A stretch of DNA of 32,000 nt from Coprobacillaceae bacterium (GCA_963675515.1 OY776328.1:1650001-1682000), one strand, 5' to 3'. Positions 1 to 8,495 are shown, counted from the stretch's first letter. Made by a program: numbers and translations. Notes: generated from the letters alone by a model not told the origin.

Positions 1-342
1 TTGGAAAATGTCGCCAGACGCCACAATCTTTTCTATGTCAATCCCTTCGATCCAAAGTGGGAAGAGGCTACGGGCATCCATGGATTGCCAATGGCGAAGA
101 TGGATGAAAACAACCTTTATGACCCGATAGCCTATTTCGCAGAGAATCTGCCGGTTGTAAAGGGCCACGGATGTTCGCTGATGGTTTTCCATCCTGGTTA
201 CCTTGACCAGTACATCCTGAGAAAATCGTCATTCACCCTGGTAAGACCGATGGAATGCGAATTTCTATGCAGCGAAAAACTCAGAAGCATAATCGAAGAA
301 AACCATATCAAACTGACAAACTTCAAGAACTATCGCGATTAG
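1..342 (+). CDS. 3' end of a YdjC/ChbG-family carbohydrate deacetylase-like protein (5' end lies outside the window)
   Basis: The frame is open from the window edge to TAG at 340-342. The C-terminal pattern FHPGYLDQYILRKSSF...R..E..FL resembles the HPGYVD...SSY...R..E...L tail of YdjC-family proteins (recalled, not searched). Confidence 0.5.
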   Translation: MENVARRHNLFYVNPFDPKWEEATGIHGLPMAKMDENNLYDPIAYFAENLPVVKGHGCSLMVFHPGYLDQYILRKSSFTLVRPMECEFLCSEKLRSIIEENHIKLTNFKNYRD

Positions 343-363
343 ACGGACTTGTTCCGTTTTTTT
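343..363 (+). terminator. Rho-independent terminator
   Basis: Stem ACGGA (343-347), loop CTTGT, stem TCCGT (353-357), then six T (358-363), directly after the stop codon. Confidence 0.55.
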
Positions 364-568
364 GCTTGATTAATAAAGTGATCGCATATGTTTCAAACAT
401 GTCAGCTCAATGGCCGTTTCAAGGTAAACATGAAAAATGGTTAGGCAAATACCTGGGGTTGTGCTACAATTTTCTAAGCGATACTAATGGAATGGGTGCG
501 CTGATTCACTTTTACCAGTCCAATAATCGTATCAGTATGTTTTTTCATGATTTGTAAGGAGGTATTCT

Positions 569-1219
569 ATGGCGACATGGGGTTTGCATATAAGGATCGC
601 CCAGGCGCTGATCGAACAGGGCATCGAGGTCGATCAGGAGGCTTTTCTGGTGGGCAATATCGGACCGGACTGCGGATTGGCCGATGAGGACGGAACCAGC
701 TTCTTTCCGCCGGCGAGCGTAACGCATTGGTGCGACGGCTCCAAACTCAATATCCAAGCTGGTCGGTTCGCAAATCAATACCTGGTCAAAGAAGGGCTGG
801 CTCTTAGGGAATGGTCGTTCTATCTTGGCTACTATGTCCATCTGCTTACCGACCGGAAGTTCTCACGGCTGGTCCAGGACAAAATCGACAATGACCCGCT
901 TTACCAACCACTCCAAGATGACGATGAGTTCATCTGGACGATCAAGAAGGACTGGTATGACCTTGATCGGATCTATTTCCGGGATAATGCCACCAGCCTG
1001 TTTTTCCAGGTTTTTACCGGTATCGAGGAGTTTCCGGATTTTCTTGATTACTACCCAAGTGGGGCGGTTATCACCCAGATTCATTTCATCATCGATTTCT
1101 ATAAAAAGGAGTCAAACGATCTTGATCGGGAGTATCTTTATCTAAGCGAAGCTGAAATGGACCGGTTTCTCGAAGAAGTTCTCGAATACATCACCATCAA
1201 GCTTGCAAAATACATCTGA
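569..1219 (+). CDS. Metal-dependent hydrolase, zinc-dependent phospholipase C-like family (tentative)
   Basis: ATG follows RBS TAAGGAGG (about 555-562). N-terminal W..H...A, GPD and YVHLLTD motifs resemble small bacterial Zn_dep_PLPC-like proteins. The assignment is weak. Confidence 0.4.
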   Translation: MATWGLHIRIAQALIEQGIEVDQEAFLVGNIGPDCGLADEDGTSFFPPASVTHWCDGSKLNIQAGRFANQYLVKEGLALREWSFYLGYYVHLLTDRKFSRLVQDKIDNDPLYQPLQDDDEFIWTIKKDWYDLDRIYFRDNATSLFFQVFTGIEEFPDFLDYYPSGAVITQIHFIIDFYKKESNDLDREYLYLSEAEMDRFLEEVLEYITIKLAKYI

Positions 1220-1308
1220 TTTCATAATGTTGCAAAAACAGTCCGGCATTATGACAACATTTTTGAGGACTGGATTAAAATGATTCAATTACGTGGAAGG
1301 GGAACAAT

Positions 1309-1863
1309 ATGGATAAATTGGAAATACGCATCGCGCATAAGGGAGATGCCAGGGAACTGCTTGGGATATATGAGCCTTACGTTGTGATGACTCCGATAAC
1401 TTTCGAATATGAAGTGCCCACCCTGGAGGAATTCGAAAACCGGATAATGACAACCAAACAAAGCTATCCTTACCTGGTGGCGACAGTCGACGGGGTCATT
1501 GCCGGTTATTGTTATGCGGCGGCCTTCAAAAGCAGGGCGGCTTATCAGTGGGCGGTGGAAACATCGATCTATCTTAGCGAAAGCTTCCATGGCGGGGGCG
1601 TCGCCAAGGCCCTTTATGAAAAGATGGAAGAAATCCTGACCAGGCAGAACATCTGTACGCTTATTGCCTGCATAACCTATCCCAATAATAAAAGCGTCCG
1701 CTTCCATGAGAAGTTCGGTTATGAAACTGTGGCGCATTTCCACAAATGCGGCTTCAAGCTCGGTCAGTGGCGTGATGTGATCTGGATGGAAAAGACGCTC
1801 CAGGAACATCCGGCCAATCCCGAGGTGATCATCCCGTTTGGTGATATCGCCTGCGATTATTAA
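1309..1863 (+). CDS. GNAT N-acetyltransferase, phosphinothricin/L-amino-acid acetyltransferase (PAT/YwnH/MnaT-like)
   Basis: IRIAHKGDA..L..IY, TFEYEVPTLEEF, YPYLVA..DG.IAGYCYA..F..R.AY....ETSIY and NxxSVxFHEKFGY match the PAT subfamily pattern. Confidence 0.75.
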   Translation: MDKLEIRIAHKGDARELLGIYEPYVVMTPITFEYEVPTLEEFENRIMTTKQSYPYLVATVDGVIAGYCYAAAFKSRAAYQWAVETSIYLSESFHGGGVAKALYEKMEEILTRQNICTLIACITYPNNKSVRFHEKFGYETVAHFHKCGFKLGQWRDVIWMEKTLQEHPANPEVIIPFGDIACDY

Positions 1864-1937
1864 TCGAGGTTGACAACTGACTTTGAATCCGCCCTGTCTG
1901 GGTTAACAAAACAAATTATTATGCATTTTCTGTGTTG

Positions 1938-1959
1938 CAGCCCAGTCGGGCTGTTTTTT
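1938..1959 (+). terminator. Rho-independent terminator
   Basis: Stem CAGCCC, loop AGTC, stem GGGCTG, followed by TTTTTT. Confidence 0.7.
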
Positions 1960-2105
1960 GATAATATTGCAAAAATCGCATCGTTATAAAAACATTGGAT
2001 CCGCGGTTAACTTTATGAACCAAACAGGCGAATCGGTTCATTTTATTAAGTTTTTTGCCTCGGTAATTTCAAAAACAAGTCATTTTGCAATCGAAAGATA
2101 ATCAA

Positions 2106-2134
2106 TTGTTATCGCGATAAGATTGTCGTATGAT
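2106..2134 (+). promoter_or_regulatory. Putative sigma-A promoter TTGTTA-17-TATGAT with an embedded 12-bp palindrome
   Basis: -35 TTGTTA at 2106-2111, 17-nt spacer, -10 TATGAT at 2129-2134, 27 nt upstream of the start codon. The spacer contains the perfect palindrome TTATCGCGATAA (2109-2120). Confidence 0.4.
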
Positions 2135-2160
2135 TACAGCAGTTAGAGGAGGAACATTCA

Positions 2161-3360
2161 ATGGAAAATTTCGATCAAGTGATCATCCGTGAAAATACAA
2201 GCTGCATCAAATGGGACGGCTGGAAGAAAATGAACAAGCCCGAGGGGCTCTTGCCTTTGTGGGTTGCCGACATGGATTTCAAAGCCCCTGATGCAATTAT
2301 CGATGCTATCACAAGAAAAGCCGCGCATGGAATCTTCGGTTATGGATTTTGTGATCATGAATATTACGGAGCGGTGTGCAACTGGATGAAAAAGCGCCAT
2401 GATCTTGCCATCACCAATGACAATATTGTCACTACTCCAGGTGTCGTTGCTGCCTTGAATATCGCGGTCAACGCCTATACCCAAATCAATGATGCGATCA
2501 TGATAAACAAACCGATATACCATCCATTTGACAAGGTGATCGAACAGAATGGCCGCAAGAAAATCTCATGTCCGATGAGTTTCAAGGACGGTCGCTACCA
2601 GCTTGATTTCTCCCTGTTTGAACAGAAAATCATCAACCACAAGGTGAAGATGTTCATCCTGTGCAACCCGTACAACCCCATCGGAAAGGTCTGGAGTCTT
2701 CAAGAGCTTAAAAAGATCGGGGAGATCTGTCTGAAACACGAAGTGCTAGTTGTCTGTGATGAGATCCATCAGGACTTCGTCTTCAAGAACCATGTCCATA
2801 TCCCGTTTGTCAATGTCGACAAACGTTTCAAGGATATCTCCATAATCGCCACTTCGCCATCGAAGACGTTCAACCTGGCCGGGTTGCAATGTGCCAACAT
2901 CCTGTTTTTCAATGATTCCCTGAAGGAACGGTTTATCATTACCAAAAGGAAATCGGGATTCAACGAGGAACCGAACATCCTGGCCATCGAAGCGACCAAG
3001 GCCGCCTATCTCCATGGGGAAAAGTGGCTTGATGACCTGATCAAATATCTGGAAAAAAACAAGAACCTGCTCCAAAACTTTTTAAGTAAGAATATCCCGG
3101 AAGTGAAGCTGGTGGAACCTGAAGGTCTGTACCTGGCCTGGGTGGACTTTTCCGGCTTGGACATGGATGCCGAGCATTTGGAAGCATTCATGATCAACGA
3201 GGCTAAACTATGGCTTGATGAAGGCTATATCTTTGGTATTGGGGGTGCCGGTTTCGAGCGGATCAATCTTGCCGTGCCTCAAAGCGTTTTGAAAGAAGCG
3301 CTGAACCGACTGAACCTTGCTATAAAAAACAGAAATTCGCGTCCAGGCACCCCCAATTAA
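2161..3360 (+). CDS. PLP-dependent C-S lyase / aminotransferase class I/II, PatB/MalY (cystathionine beta-lyase-like) family
   Basis: RBS AGAGGAGG. N-terminal R.NT.C.KWD....LPLWVADMDF.AP and the PLP-lysine motif SPSKTFNLAGL are typical of MalY/PatB. Confidence 0.85.
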   Translation: MENFDQVIIRENTSCIKWDGWKKMNKPEGLLPLWVADMDFKAPDAIIDAITRKAAHGIFGYGFCDHEYYGAVCNWMKKRHDLAITNDNIVTTPGVVAALNIAVNAYTQINDAIMINKPIYHPFDKVIEQNGRKKISCPMSFKDGRYQLDFSLFEQKIINHKVKMFILCNPYNPIGKVWSLQELKKIGEICLKHEVLVVCDEIHQDFVFKNHVHIPFVNVDKRFKDISIIATSPSKTFNLAGLQCANILFFNDSLKERFIITKRKSGFNEEPNILAIEATKAAYLHGEKWLDDLIKYLEKNKNLLQNFLSKNIPEVKLVEPEGLYLAWVDFSGLDMDAEHLEAFMINEAKLWLDEGYIFGIGGAGFERINLAVPQSVLKEALNRLNLAIKNRNSRPGTPN

Positions 3361-3367
3361 TATCGAT

Positions 3368-3388
3368 GAAGACCGCAAGGTCTTTTTT
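3368..3388 (+). terminator. Rho-independent terminator
   Basis: Stem GAAGACC, loop GCAA, stem GGTCTTT, followed by a T-run (TTTTTT). Confidence 0.7.
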
Positions 3389-3522
3389 CGTTTTGTTACA
3401 GACTTTTTAAGATGTCATATCTGGCATATGCGACTTTAATTGTCTTTTGTGATAATTAATCATTGACTTAAAGTTGGGTCAAAGATGTAAAATTTAACTG
3501 AATTGAAAAACGGAGGAAAATT

Positions 3523-4644
3523 ATGACTGAGAAGAAATTAGGTTTTGGATTGATGCGGCTGCCGTCGCTTGATGAAAACGATCCGTCGAAGATCGATATG
3601 GAACTCACCAAAGCGATGGTTGATGAGTTTTTGAACAGGGGCTTCACTTACTTCGATACGGCCTGGATGTACTGCGGTTTTGCCAGCGAGTCGGCAACCA
3701 AGGAAGTCCTTGTCGACCGCCATCCCCGCGAGAGCTATACACTGGCGACCAAGCTTCATGCCGGTTTCTTGAAGACCAAGGAGGACCGCGATGCGATATT
3801 CAATGAACAGCTGCGCAAGACCGGGGTCGAGTACTTCGATTACTATCTGCTTCACGATATCGGAGTCCACCACTATGAAATATTCAAAGAGCTTGACTGT
3901 TTCAACTGGCTCATGGACAAAAAGGAAAAAGGTCTGGTCAAGAAAATCGGATTCTCATACCATGACGATGCCAAATTGCTTGACAAGGTGCTAAGCGAGC
4001 ATCCGGAGATGGAGTTCGTCCAGCTGCAGATCAACTATCTCGACTGGGACAGCGAGGGAGTCCAATCCCGTCTTTGTTATGAGGTTGCCAAAAAGCACGG
4101 TGTCCCGGTGATCGTTATGGAACCGGTAAAAGGGGGAACCCTGGCCAAGGTGCCTGAACCGGTGGAAAAACTGTTCAAGGAATGCAACCCGGAGGCTTCA
4201 ATCCCTTCATGGGCGATCCGTTTTGTCGCCAGTCTCGACAATGTGATGATGGTCCTTTCGGGGATGTCGAACATGGAACAGCTGCTTGACAACACCGGCT
4301 ACATGATGGATTTCAAGCCTTTCGACCAGACGGAATACAAGCTGGTAAGCGAAGCGGTCGAGATAATCAACTCTTCTATCGCCGTTCCTTGCACGGCATG
4401 TGCCTATTGTGTCGATGGTTGTCCGATGAACATCCCGATTCCAAGATACTTCTCGCTTTACAATGCCGATTTGCAGGAGATCAAGGAAAAGGGCTGGACA
4501 CCGCAGCGTGAATACTATGGCAACCTGGCCCGTACCTTTGGCAAGGCCAGCGATTGCATCAGCTGTGGCCAATGCGAGCAGGTTTGCCCGCAGCATATCG
4601 CCATAATCGAAGAGCTGGCCAACGTTGCTACGCGATTCGAATAG
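3523..4644 (+). CDS. Aldo/keto reductase fused to a C-terminal 2x[4Fe-4S] ferredoxin-like domain (COG1453-like)
   Basis: RBS GGAGGA. AKR N-terminus LGFGLMRLP...FDTA..Y. C-terminal cysteine motifs [12 protein letters not shown] and [12 protein letters not shown]. Confidence 0.8.
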   Translation: MTEKKLGFGLMRLPSLDENDPSKIDMELTKAMVDEFLNRGFTYFDTAWMYCGFASESATKEVLVDRHPRESYTLATKLHAGFLKTKEDRDAIFNEQLRKTGVEYFDYYLLHDIGVHHYEIFKELDCFNWLMDKKEKGLVKKIGFSYHDDAKLLDKVLSEHPEMEFVQLQINYLDWDSEGVQSRLCYEVAKKHGVPVIVMEPVKGGTLAKVPEPVEKLFKECNPEASIPSWAIRFVASLDNVMMVLSGMSNMEQLLDNTGYMMDFKPFDQTEYKLVSEAVEIINSSIAVPCTACAYCVDGCPMNIPIPRYFSLYNADLQEIKEKGWTPQREYYGNLARTFGKASDCISCGQCEQVCPQHIAIIEELANVATRFE

Positions 4645-4727
4645 GTTTGAATTCTTAGAATATTTTTCCAAAAATTGTGCTTCAAGGAGTATAATTGAAG
4701 CAAGAAATGTTAAAGGAGAAGAAGATA

Positions 4728-5858
4728 ATGGAAAAAACAAAAGTTTATTTCACTGATTTCCGGGCCAATCCCCATGAAGGATTGCCATTGAAACTCAAAC
4801 GGATGCTCAAAGAGGCTGGCATCGGCAATATCGATTTTGACAACAAGTTTGTGGCGATCAAGATGCACTTTGGCGAACTTGGTAACCTGGGATTTTTACG
4901 TCCCAACTACGCCAAGGCGGTGGCTGATCTGGTCAAGGAGTATAACGGAAAACCGTTTTTGACCGACTGCAACACCCTCTATCCGGGCAAACGGAAAAAT
5001 GCCCTCGAACATCTCGAATGCGCCTGGGAAAACGGATTCTCGCCACTTTCAGCCGGGTGTCCGGTGATCATCGGTGACGGGCTCAAGGGTACCGACGACA
5101 TTTCGGTGCCGGTAATCGGGGGCAAACACATCAAGGAAGCCAAGATCGGCCATGCGATCATGGATGCCGACATCTTCATCTCGCTTAGCCACTTCAAGGG
5201 CCATGAGATGACCGGATTTGGGGGAGCGATCAAGAACATCGGGATGGGCTGCGCCTCAAGAGCCGGCAAGAAGGACCAGCATCAAAACGGGAAACCGGAA
5301 GTCATCATCGAAAAATGTGTCGGATGCAAACGATGCCTGCGCGAATGTGCCAATGATGCATTGGTGTTCGATGAAGCGACCCGCAAGATGCATATCGACG
5401 TGGAAAAATGCGTCGGATGCGGTCGTTGTATCGGAGCCTGCAACTTCGACGCGATCGTCTTTGCTTCCTGGACAGCTCCAAAGGAGCTTAACCACCGGAT
5501 GGTCGAATACACCAAGGCGGTAGTCGACGGGCGCCCTCATTTCCACATCTCGCTGGTAGTCGATGTTTCGCCAAACTGTGATTGCCACAGTGAAAACGAT
5601 GCGCCAATCCTGCCAAATATCGGGATGTTCGCTTCGTTTGATCCGCTGGCTTTGGACCAGGCCTGCGTTGATGCCTGTTTGAAGGCGACACCGCTGCCTA
5701 ACAGCCAGCTCCATGACAACATGCACTCGCATGGATTCCATGACCATGGTGACCACTTCGTCAACTCGACACCGGAATCGGAATACAAGACCTGTCTGGA
5801 ATACGGAGAGGAAATCGGGCTTGGCAGCCGCGACTATGAACTTATTGTAATCAAGTAA
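4728..5858 (+). CDS. DUF362-domain Fe-S protein with 4Fe-4S dicluster insert (COG2768-like)
   Basis: Start re-set from the track's TTG at 4695 to ATG at 4728, which follows AAGGAG (4713-4718). Motifs: VAIKMHFGE, FLTDCNTLY, CVGCKRCLRECA, CVGCGRCIGACN and SPNCDCH. Confidence 0.75.
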   Translation: MEKTKVYFTDFRANPHEGLPLKLKRMLKEAGIGNIDFDNKFVAIKMHFGELGNLGFLRPNYAKAVADLVKEYNGKPFLTDCNTLYPGKRKNALEHLECAWENGFSPLSAGCPVIIGDGLKGTDDISVPVIGGKHIKEAKIGHAIMDADIFISLSHFKGHEMTGFGGAIKNIGMGCASRAGKKDQHQNGKPEVIIEKCVGCKRCLRECANDALVFDEATRKMHIDVEKCVGCGRCIGACNFDAIVFASWTAPKELNHRMVEYTKAVVDGRPHFHISLVVDVSPNCDCHSENDAPILPNIGMFASFDPLALDQACVDACLKATPLPNSQLHDNMHSHGFHDHGDHFVNSTPESEYKTCLEYGEEIGLGSRDYELIVIK

Positions 5859-5860
5859 GC

Positions 5861-5913
5861 AAAAGAGGCTGTAACTTCCAAGGTTTTATCCTTAGGCGTT
5901 ACGCCTCTTTTTT
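5861..5913. terminator. Bidirectional terminator hairpin between convergent genes
   Basis: AAAAGAGGC(T)GTAAC (5861-5875) pairs with GTTACGCCTCTTTT (5898-5911), leaving one bulged T. T-runs are available in both orientations. Confidence 0.65.
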
Positions 5914-5920
5914 GCCCCGC

Positions 5921-6160
5921 TTACTTGTTTTCGCCGCGGTAAAGATTGTAATAGTACAGCTGGATGTCACCGAGTTGCTTTTTAAAATAGTCATTGGCAT
6001 CGTCGAGGGCCTGATTGTAGATATCATCGCCGATAAGTTCGACAAAATATTCAAAAAGCATTTCAGCCTTGATTAAGCCGACTTCCTCGTCGAAGTTCTC
6101 CTGATAGTAGTGCTGGAGCTGTCTGATTTTCGCATCGGCCGCTTCTTTTTTGAATTTCAT
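5921..6160 (-). CDS. DUF2164-family small protein (79 aa)
   Basis: Start re-set to the ATG (complement of 6158-6160) that follows AAGGAGGAG. The track's 116-aa version has a Pro/Arg-rich extension with no RBS. The pattern ...FDEEVGLIKAEMLFEYFVELIGDDIYNQAL.DA matches DUF2164. Confidence 0.65.
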   Translation of the reverse strand: MKFKKEAADAKIRQLQHYYQENFDEEVGLIKAEMLFEYFVELIGDDIYNQALDDANDYFKKQLGDIQLYYYNLYRGENK

Positions 6161-6238
6161 TGGTCTCCTCCTTGAAGATATTTTTTTAATCCTTTTTTTT
6201 CCAACTGGACAATTTGTCATGGGCATAGGTTGATCATG

Positions 6239-6265
6239 CAAAAATGGCACCGGAACTGGTGCCAT
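6239..6265 (-). terminator. Rho-independent terminator of the nudF-like gene
   Basis: Perfect 8-bp stem ATGGCACC/GGTGCCAT (6244-6265). On the minus strand it is followed by a TTTTT run, 38 nt after the stop codon. Confidence 0.65.
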
Positions 6266-6302
6266 CCCCATTCAGTTTGAAGCTTATAATCATGCGTGAA
6301 AA

Positions 6303-6848
6303 TCACTTATTACATTTTGCTTCAAGATGGCGGATGTAGGCATGGTTGATGGCGATCACTGTTTTCGAGTCGCGGATTTCCTGGTTTACAACCTTGTTGT
6401 GGGCAGTTTCCAGGTCCATGTAAATCACATCGATGAATTCGTCCTCGTCGCTGGCAAGCGGATCTTCGACCAGGGCGAAATCGGTGGCTTCGTAAAGATG
6501 CAGGATCTCATCGCAGTAGCCCGGAGTCGGGTAGATGGTCGCAAACCTGGTGAGACTTTCGGTGCGATATCCGGTCTCCTCCTCGAATTCGCGGATGCCA
6601 CAAGTGAGCGGATCTTCGCCTGTTTCCAGCTTGCCAGCCGGGATTTCCAACGTGTCCTCGTTGTATGGATAGCGGAACTGTTTCACCAGGATGATCCTGT
6701 TTTCAACAAGGGCCAATATGCCCACGCCCCCGTTGTGGCGGACCACCTCGCGGGTGGCAATCAGGTTGTTTGGACATAGCACCTTGTCCTTTTCCACCCT
6801 GATAATCTTTCCTTGGAAAATCGTTTCCCCATTAACTTTTTTTTCCAT
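6303..6848 (-). CDS. nudF: ADP-ribose pyrophosphatase (Nudix hydrolase, NudF/YqkG-like)
   Basis: Start re-set to the ATG (complement of 6846-6848) after AAGGAG. Nudix box GKLETGEDPLTCGIREFEEETGY. N-terminal beta-domain F.GK...V..D.V..PN. Confidence 0.8.
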   Translation of the reverse strand: MEKKVNGETIFQGKIIRVEKDKVLCPNNLIATREVVRHNGGVGILALVENRIILVKQFRYPYNEDTLEIPAGKLETGEDPLTCGIREFEEETGYRTESLTRFATIYPTPGYCDEILHLYEATDFALVEDPLASDEDEFIDVIYMDLETAHNKVVNQEIRDSKTVIAINHAYIRHLEAKCNK

Positions 6849-6894
6849 ATTCAATTCTCCTTATTTGCCAATTATACATCTTTTCAATTCTGAT

Positions 6895-6923
6895 TTGTAG
6901 TAGTTTTGATAATTTGTTATAAT
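6895..6923 (+). promoter_or_regulatory. Sigma-A promoter TTGTAG-17-TGtTATAAT
   Basis: -35 at 6895-6900. Extended -10 TG at 6915-6916 with TATAAT at 6918-6923, 18 nt upstream of the ATG at 6941. Confidence 0.6.
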
Positions 6924-6940
6924 GGCTTCGAGGTACGCAT

Positions 6941-7930
6941 ATGAAAGAATTGAAGGTAAAAAGCAACGATGCCAATCAGCGGATTGACAAATATTTGAAA
7001 AAAGTGCTTGTCAACGCTCCGGCAAGTTTCATCTACAAGATGTTCAGGAAAAAGGACGTAAAGGTCAACGGACAGCGGGTAGGTGAAAATTATATCCTTA
7101 AAGAAGGTGACCTGGTCACCCTGTTTCTTTACGAGGACAAGTTCAACGAATTCTCGGCTGTCAATGAAGTGATCAAGGTTAAAAAGCAGTTCGATGTTCT
7201 ATATGAGGACAGACAGGTGCTTATCGTCAACAAGCCCGCTGGGCTTCTGGTCCACGAGGATGTCAATGAGACAACCAACACCCTGACCAACCAGGTCCTT
7301 TATTATCTAAGTGAAAAAGGGGAGCTCGACCTTTCCCGGGAATCGAGTTTCATGCCCGGCCCGGTTCACCGGCTTGACCGCAACACTTCAGGTATTGTCA
7401 TATTCGGCAAGACGCTCAAAGCCTTGCAGATTCTCAACGAGATGATCAAGCAGCGCCACTGTGTCGAGAAGGAATATGTGACCATAACCACCGGAAGGCT
7501 AGAAAAGGCCCAGGAGCTGGTCGGTTATGTCAAAAAGGTTGACAACGAGGCTCGGGTGATCTTCGTTAAGAAGGATGATCCAAATGCCTTGATGATGAAA
7601 ACAATCGTGAATCCGGTTTTGGCCAATGACAGTTACTCGCTGGTGAAAGTCAAACTGGTGACCGGGCGGATGCACCAGATCCGGATCCATCTGGCATCAA
7701 TCGGCAATCCGATCATCGGGGACCGCAAATACGGTGATTTTGGGGCCAACCGCCAAATCAAAGCCAAGTTGGGCCTGAACAATCAGCTGCTCCATGCCTA
7801 CAAGGTCAAGTTTGTCAAGACCTGGGGCGAACTTGATTACCTGCTCGACAAGGAAATAATCGCACCGATTCCCCAGGAATTTCTGGCAATCAAAAACAAG
7901 TTGTTTGGCAATGTCAAAATAAATCTTTAA
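6941..7930 (+). CDS. RluA-family 23S rRNA pseudouridine synthase with N-terminal S4 domain (RluC/RluD-like)
   Basis: S4-like segment RIDKYL...KDVKVNG. Catalytic motif HRLDRNTSGIVIFGKT. C-terminal GRMHQIRIHLA. Confidence 0.85.
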   Translation: MKELKVKSNDANQRIDKYLKKVLVNAPASFIYKMFRKKDVKVNGQRVGENYILKEGDLVTLFLYEDKFNEFSAVNEVIKVKKQFDVLYEDRQVLIVNKPAGLLVHEDVNETTNTLTNQVLYYLSEKGELDLSRESSFMPGPVHRLDRNTSGIVIFGKTLKALQILNEMIKQRHCVEKEYVTITTGRLEKAQELVGYVKKVDNEARVIFVKKDDPNALMMKTIVNPVLANDSYSLVKVKLVTGRMHQIRIHLASIGNPIIGDRKYGDFGANRQIKAKLGLNNQLLHAYKVKFVKTWGELDYLLDKEIIAPIPQEFLAIKNKLFGNVKINL

Positions 7931-7934
7931 AAAT

Positions 7935-7958
7935 CAGCGCTCATCAGGGCGCTGTTTT
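7935..7958 (+). terminator. Rho-independent terminator
   Basis: Stem CAGCGC, loop TCATCAGG, stem GCGCTG, followed by TTTT. Confidence 0.6.
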
Positions 7959-7968
7959 CGCTTTCATA

Positions 7969-7997
7969 TTGAAAATGGGACCCATGTGTGATATATT
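7969..7997 (+). promoter_or_regulatory. Sigma-A promoter TTGAAA-17-TGaTATATT for the marR-ABC operon
   Basis: -35 TTGAAA at 7969-7974, TG at 7989-7990, -10 TATATT at 7992-7997. Confidence 0.55.
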
Positions 7998-8014
7998 GGT
8001 TTCATAACTAAATA

Positions 8015-8026
8015 TTAGATATCTAA
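8015..8026. promoter_or_regulatory. Candidate MarR operator, perfect palindrome TTAGATATCTAA
   Basis: A 12-bp perfect inverted repeat lies between the predicted -10 and the RBS of the marR-like gene. It is flanked by TAACTA direct repeats (8005-8010 and 8024-8029). Confidence 0.4.
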
Positions 8027-8042
8027 CTATATAGGAGGGATT

Positions 8043-8495
8043 ATGGAGCAAAGGGGATTTTTTCAAGTATTTCGAAGGCTCAGGGAGACCCATCGCCAGG
8101 TCATTCATGAGCAGTTTCGGGCCATCGGTCTAAGCCGAGGCCAACCAAAGATAATCGAGTATCTCGAAGATCATGACGGCTGCATCCAGAAGGAACTGGC
8201 CGACAACTGTCAAGTCAGGGCTTCGACAGTGACAAACATACTCGCCACCATGGAAAACCAGGGGCTTATTTTCCGGCAGGCTTCAGCTGATGACCGGCGG
8301 ATTTCAAATGTTTTTCTAAGTGAAAAGGGATGGGAGATGGCCAAGAAAATCAAGGTTGTAAACCAGAACACCGACAGTCTGGCCTTGAATGGTCTTAGCT
8401 TACCTGAACAAAAGACCTTGATGGCCCTGATGGAAAAGGTGACAATCAATCTTAAAAAAGGAGGTGGACTTTATGATAAGAGTGATCAGGAATAA
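8043..8495 (+). CDS. MarR-family transcriptional regulator
   Basis: RBS AGGAGGGA. Winged-HTH segment LSRGQPKIIEYL.....IQKELA....VRASTVTNIL..ME..GLI.R....DDRR. Confidence 0.85.
   Translation: MEQRGFFQVFRRLRETHRQVIHEQFRAIGLSRGQPKIIEYLEDHDGCIQKELADNCQVRASTVTNILATMENQGLIFRQASADDRRISNVFLSEKGWEMAKKIKVVNQNTDSLALNGLSLPEQKTLMALMEKVTINLKKGGGLYDKSDQE

Noticed and set aside
255-557. 100-aa + strand ORF bridging the end of the YdjC-like gene and the following spacer.
   Set aside because: It overlaps the upstream gene out of frame and crosses that gene's terminator hairpin. It has no RBS, and its translation is basic and low in complexity.
1223-1262. Possible terminator after the Zn-PLC-like gene, formed by CATAATG/CATTATG or AATGTTG/CAACATT pairings followed by TTTT.
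   Set aside because: These are two mutually exclusive 7-bp AT-rich stems with loops of 17-22 nt. That is too weak to call, so the gene may be co-transcribed with the GNAT gene.
1864-2160. Search for an S-box, T-box or other riboswitch upstream of the C-S lyase gene.
   Set aside because: I found no AGAGA/GGTGCGA/T-box core and no SAM-I conserved helices, only generic hairpins.
4695-4727. ORF-track N-terminal extensions that begin at non-ATG codons: TTG 4695, TTG 30064, GTG 8464, GTG 22635, TTG 6854 (minus), GTG 27622 (minus). Also the ATG-initiated extensions at 12040 and 6271 (minus).
   Set aside because: In each case a downstream ATG sits 5-10 nt after a clear GGAGG-type RBS and coincides with the conserved family N-terminus. 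The extensions often include the RBS itself.
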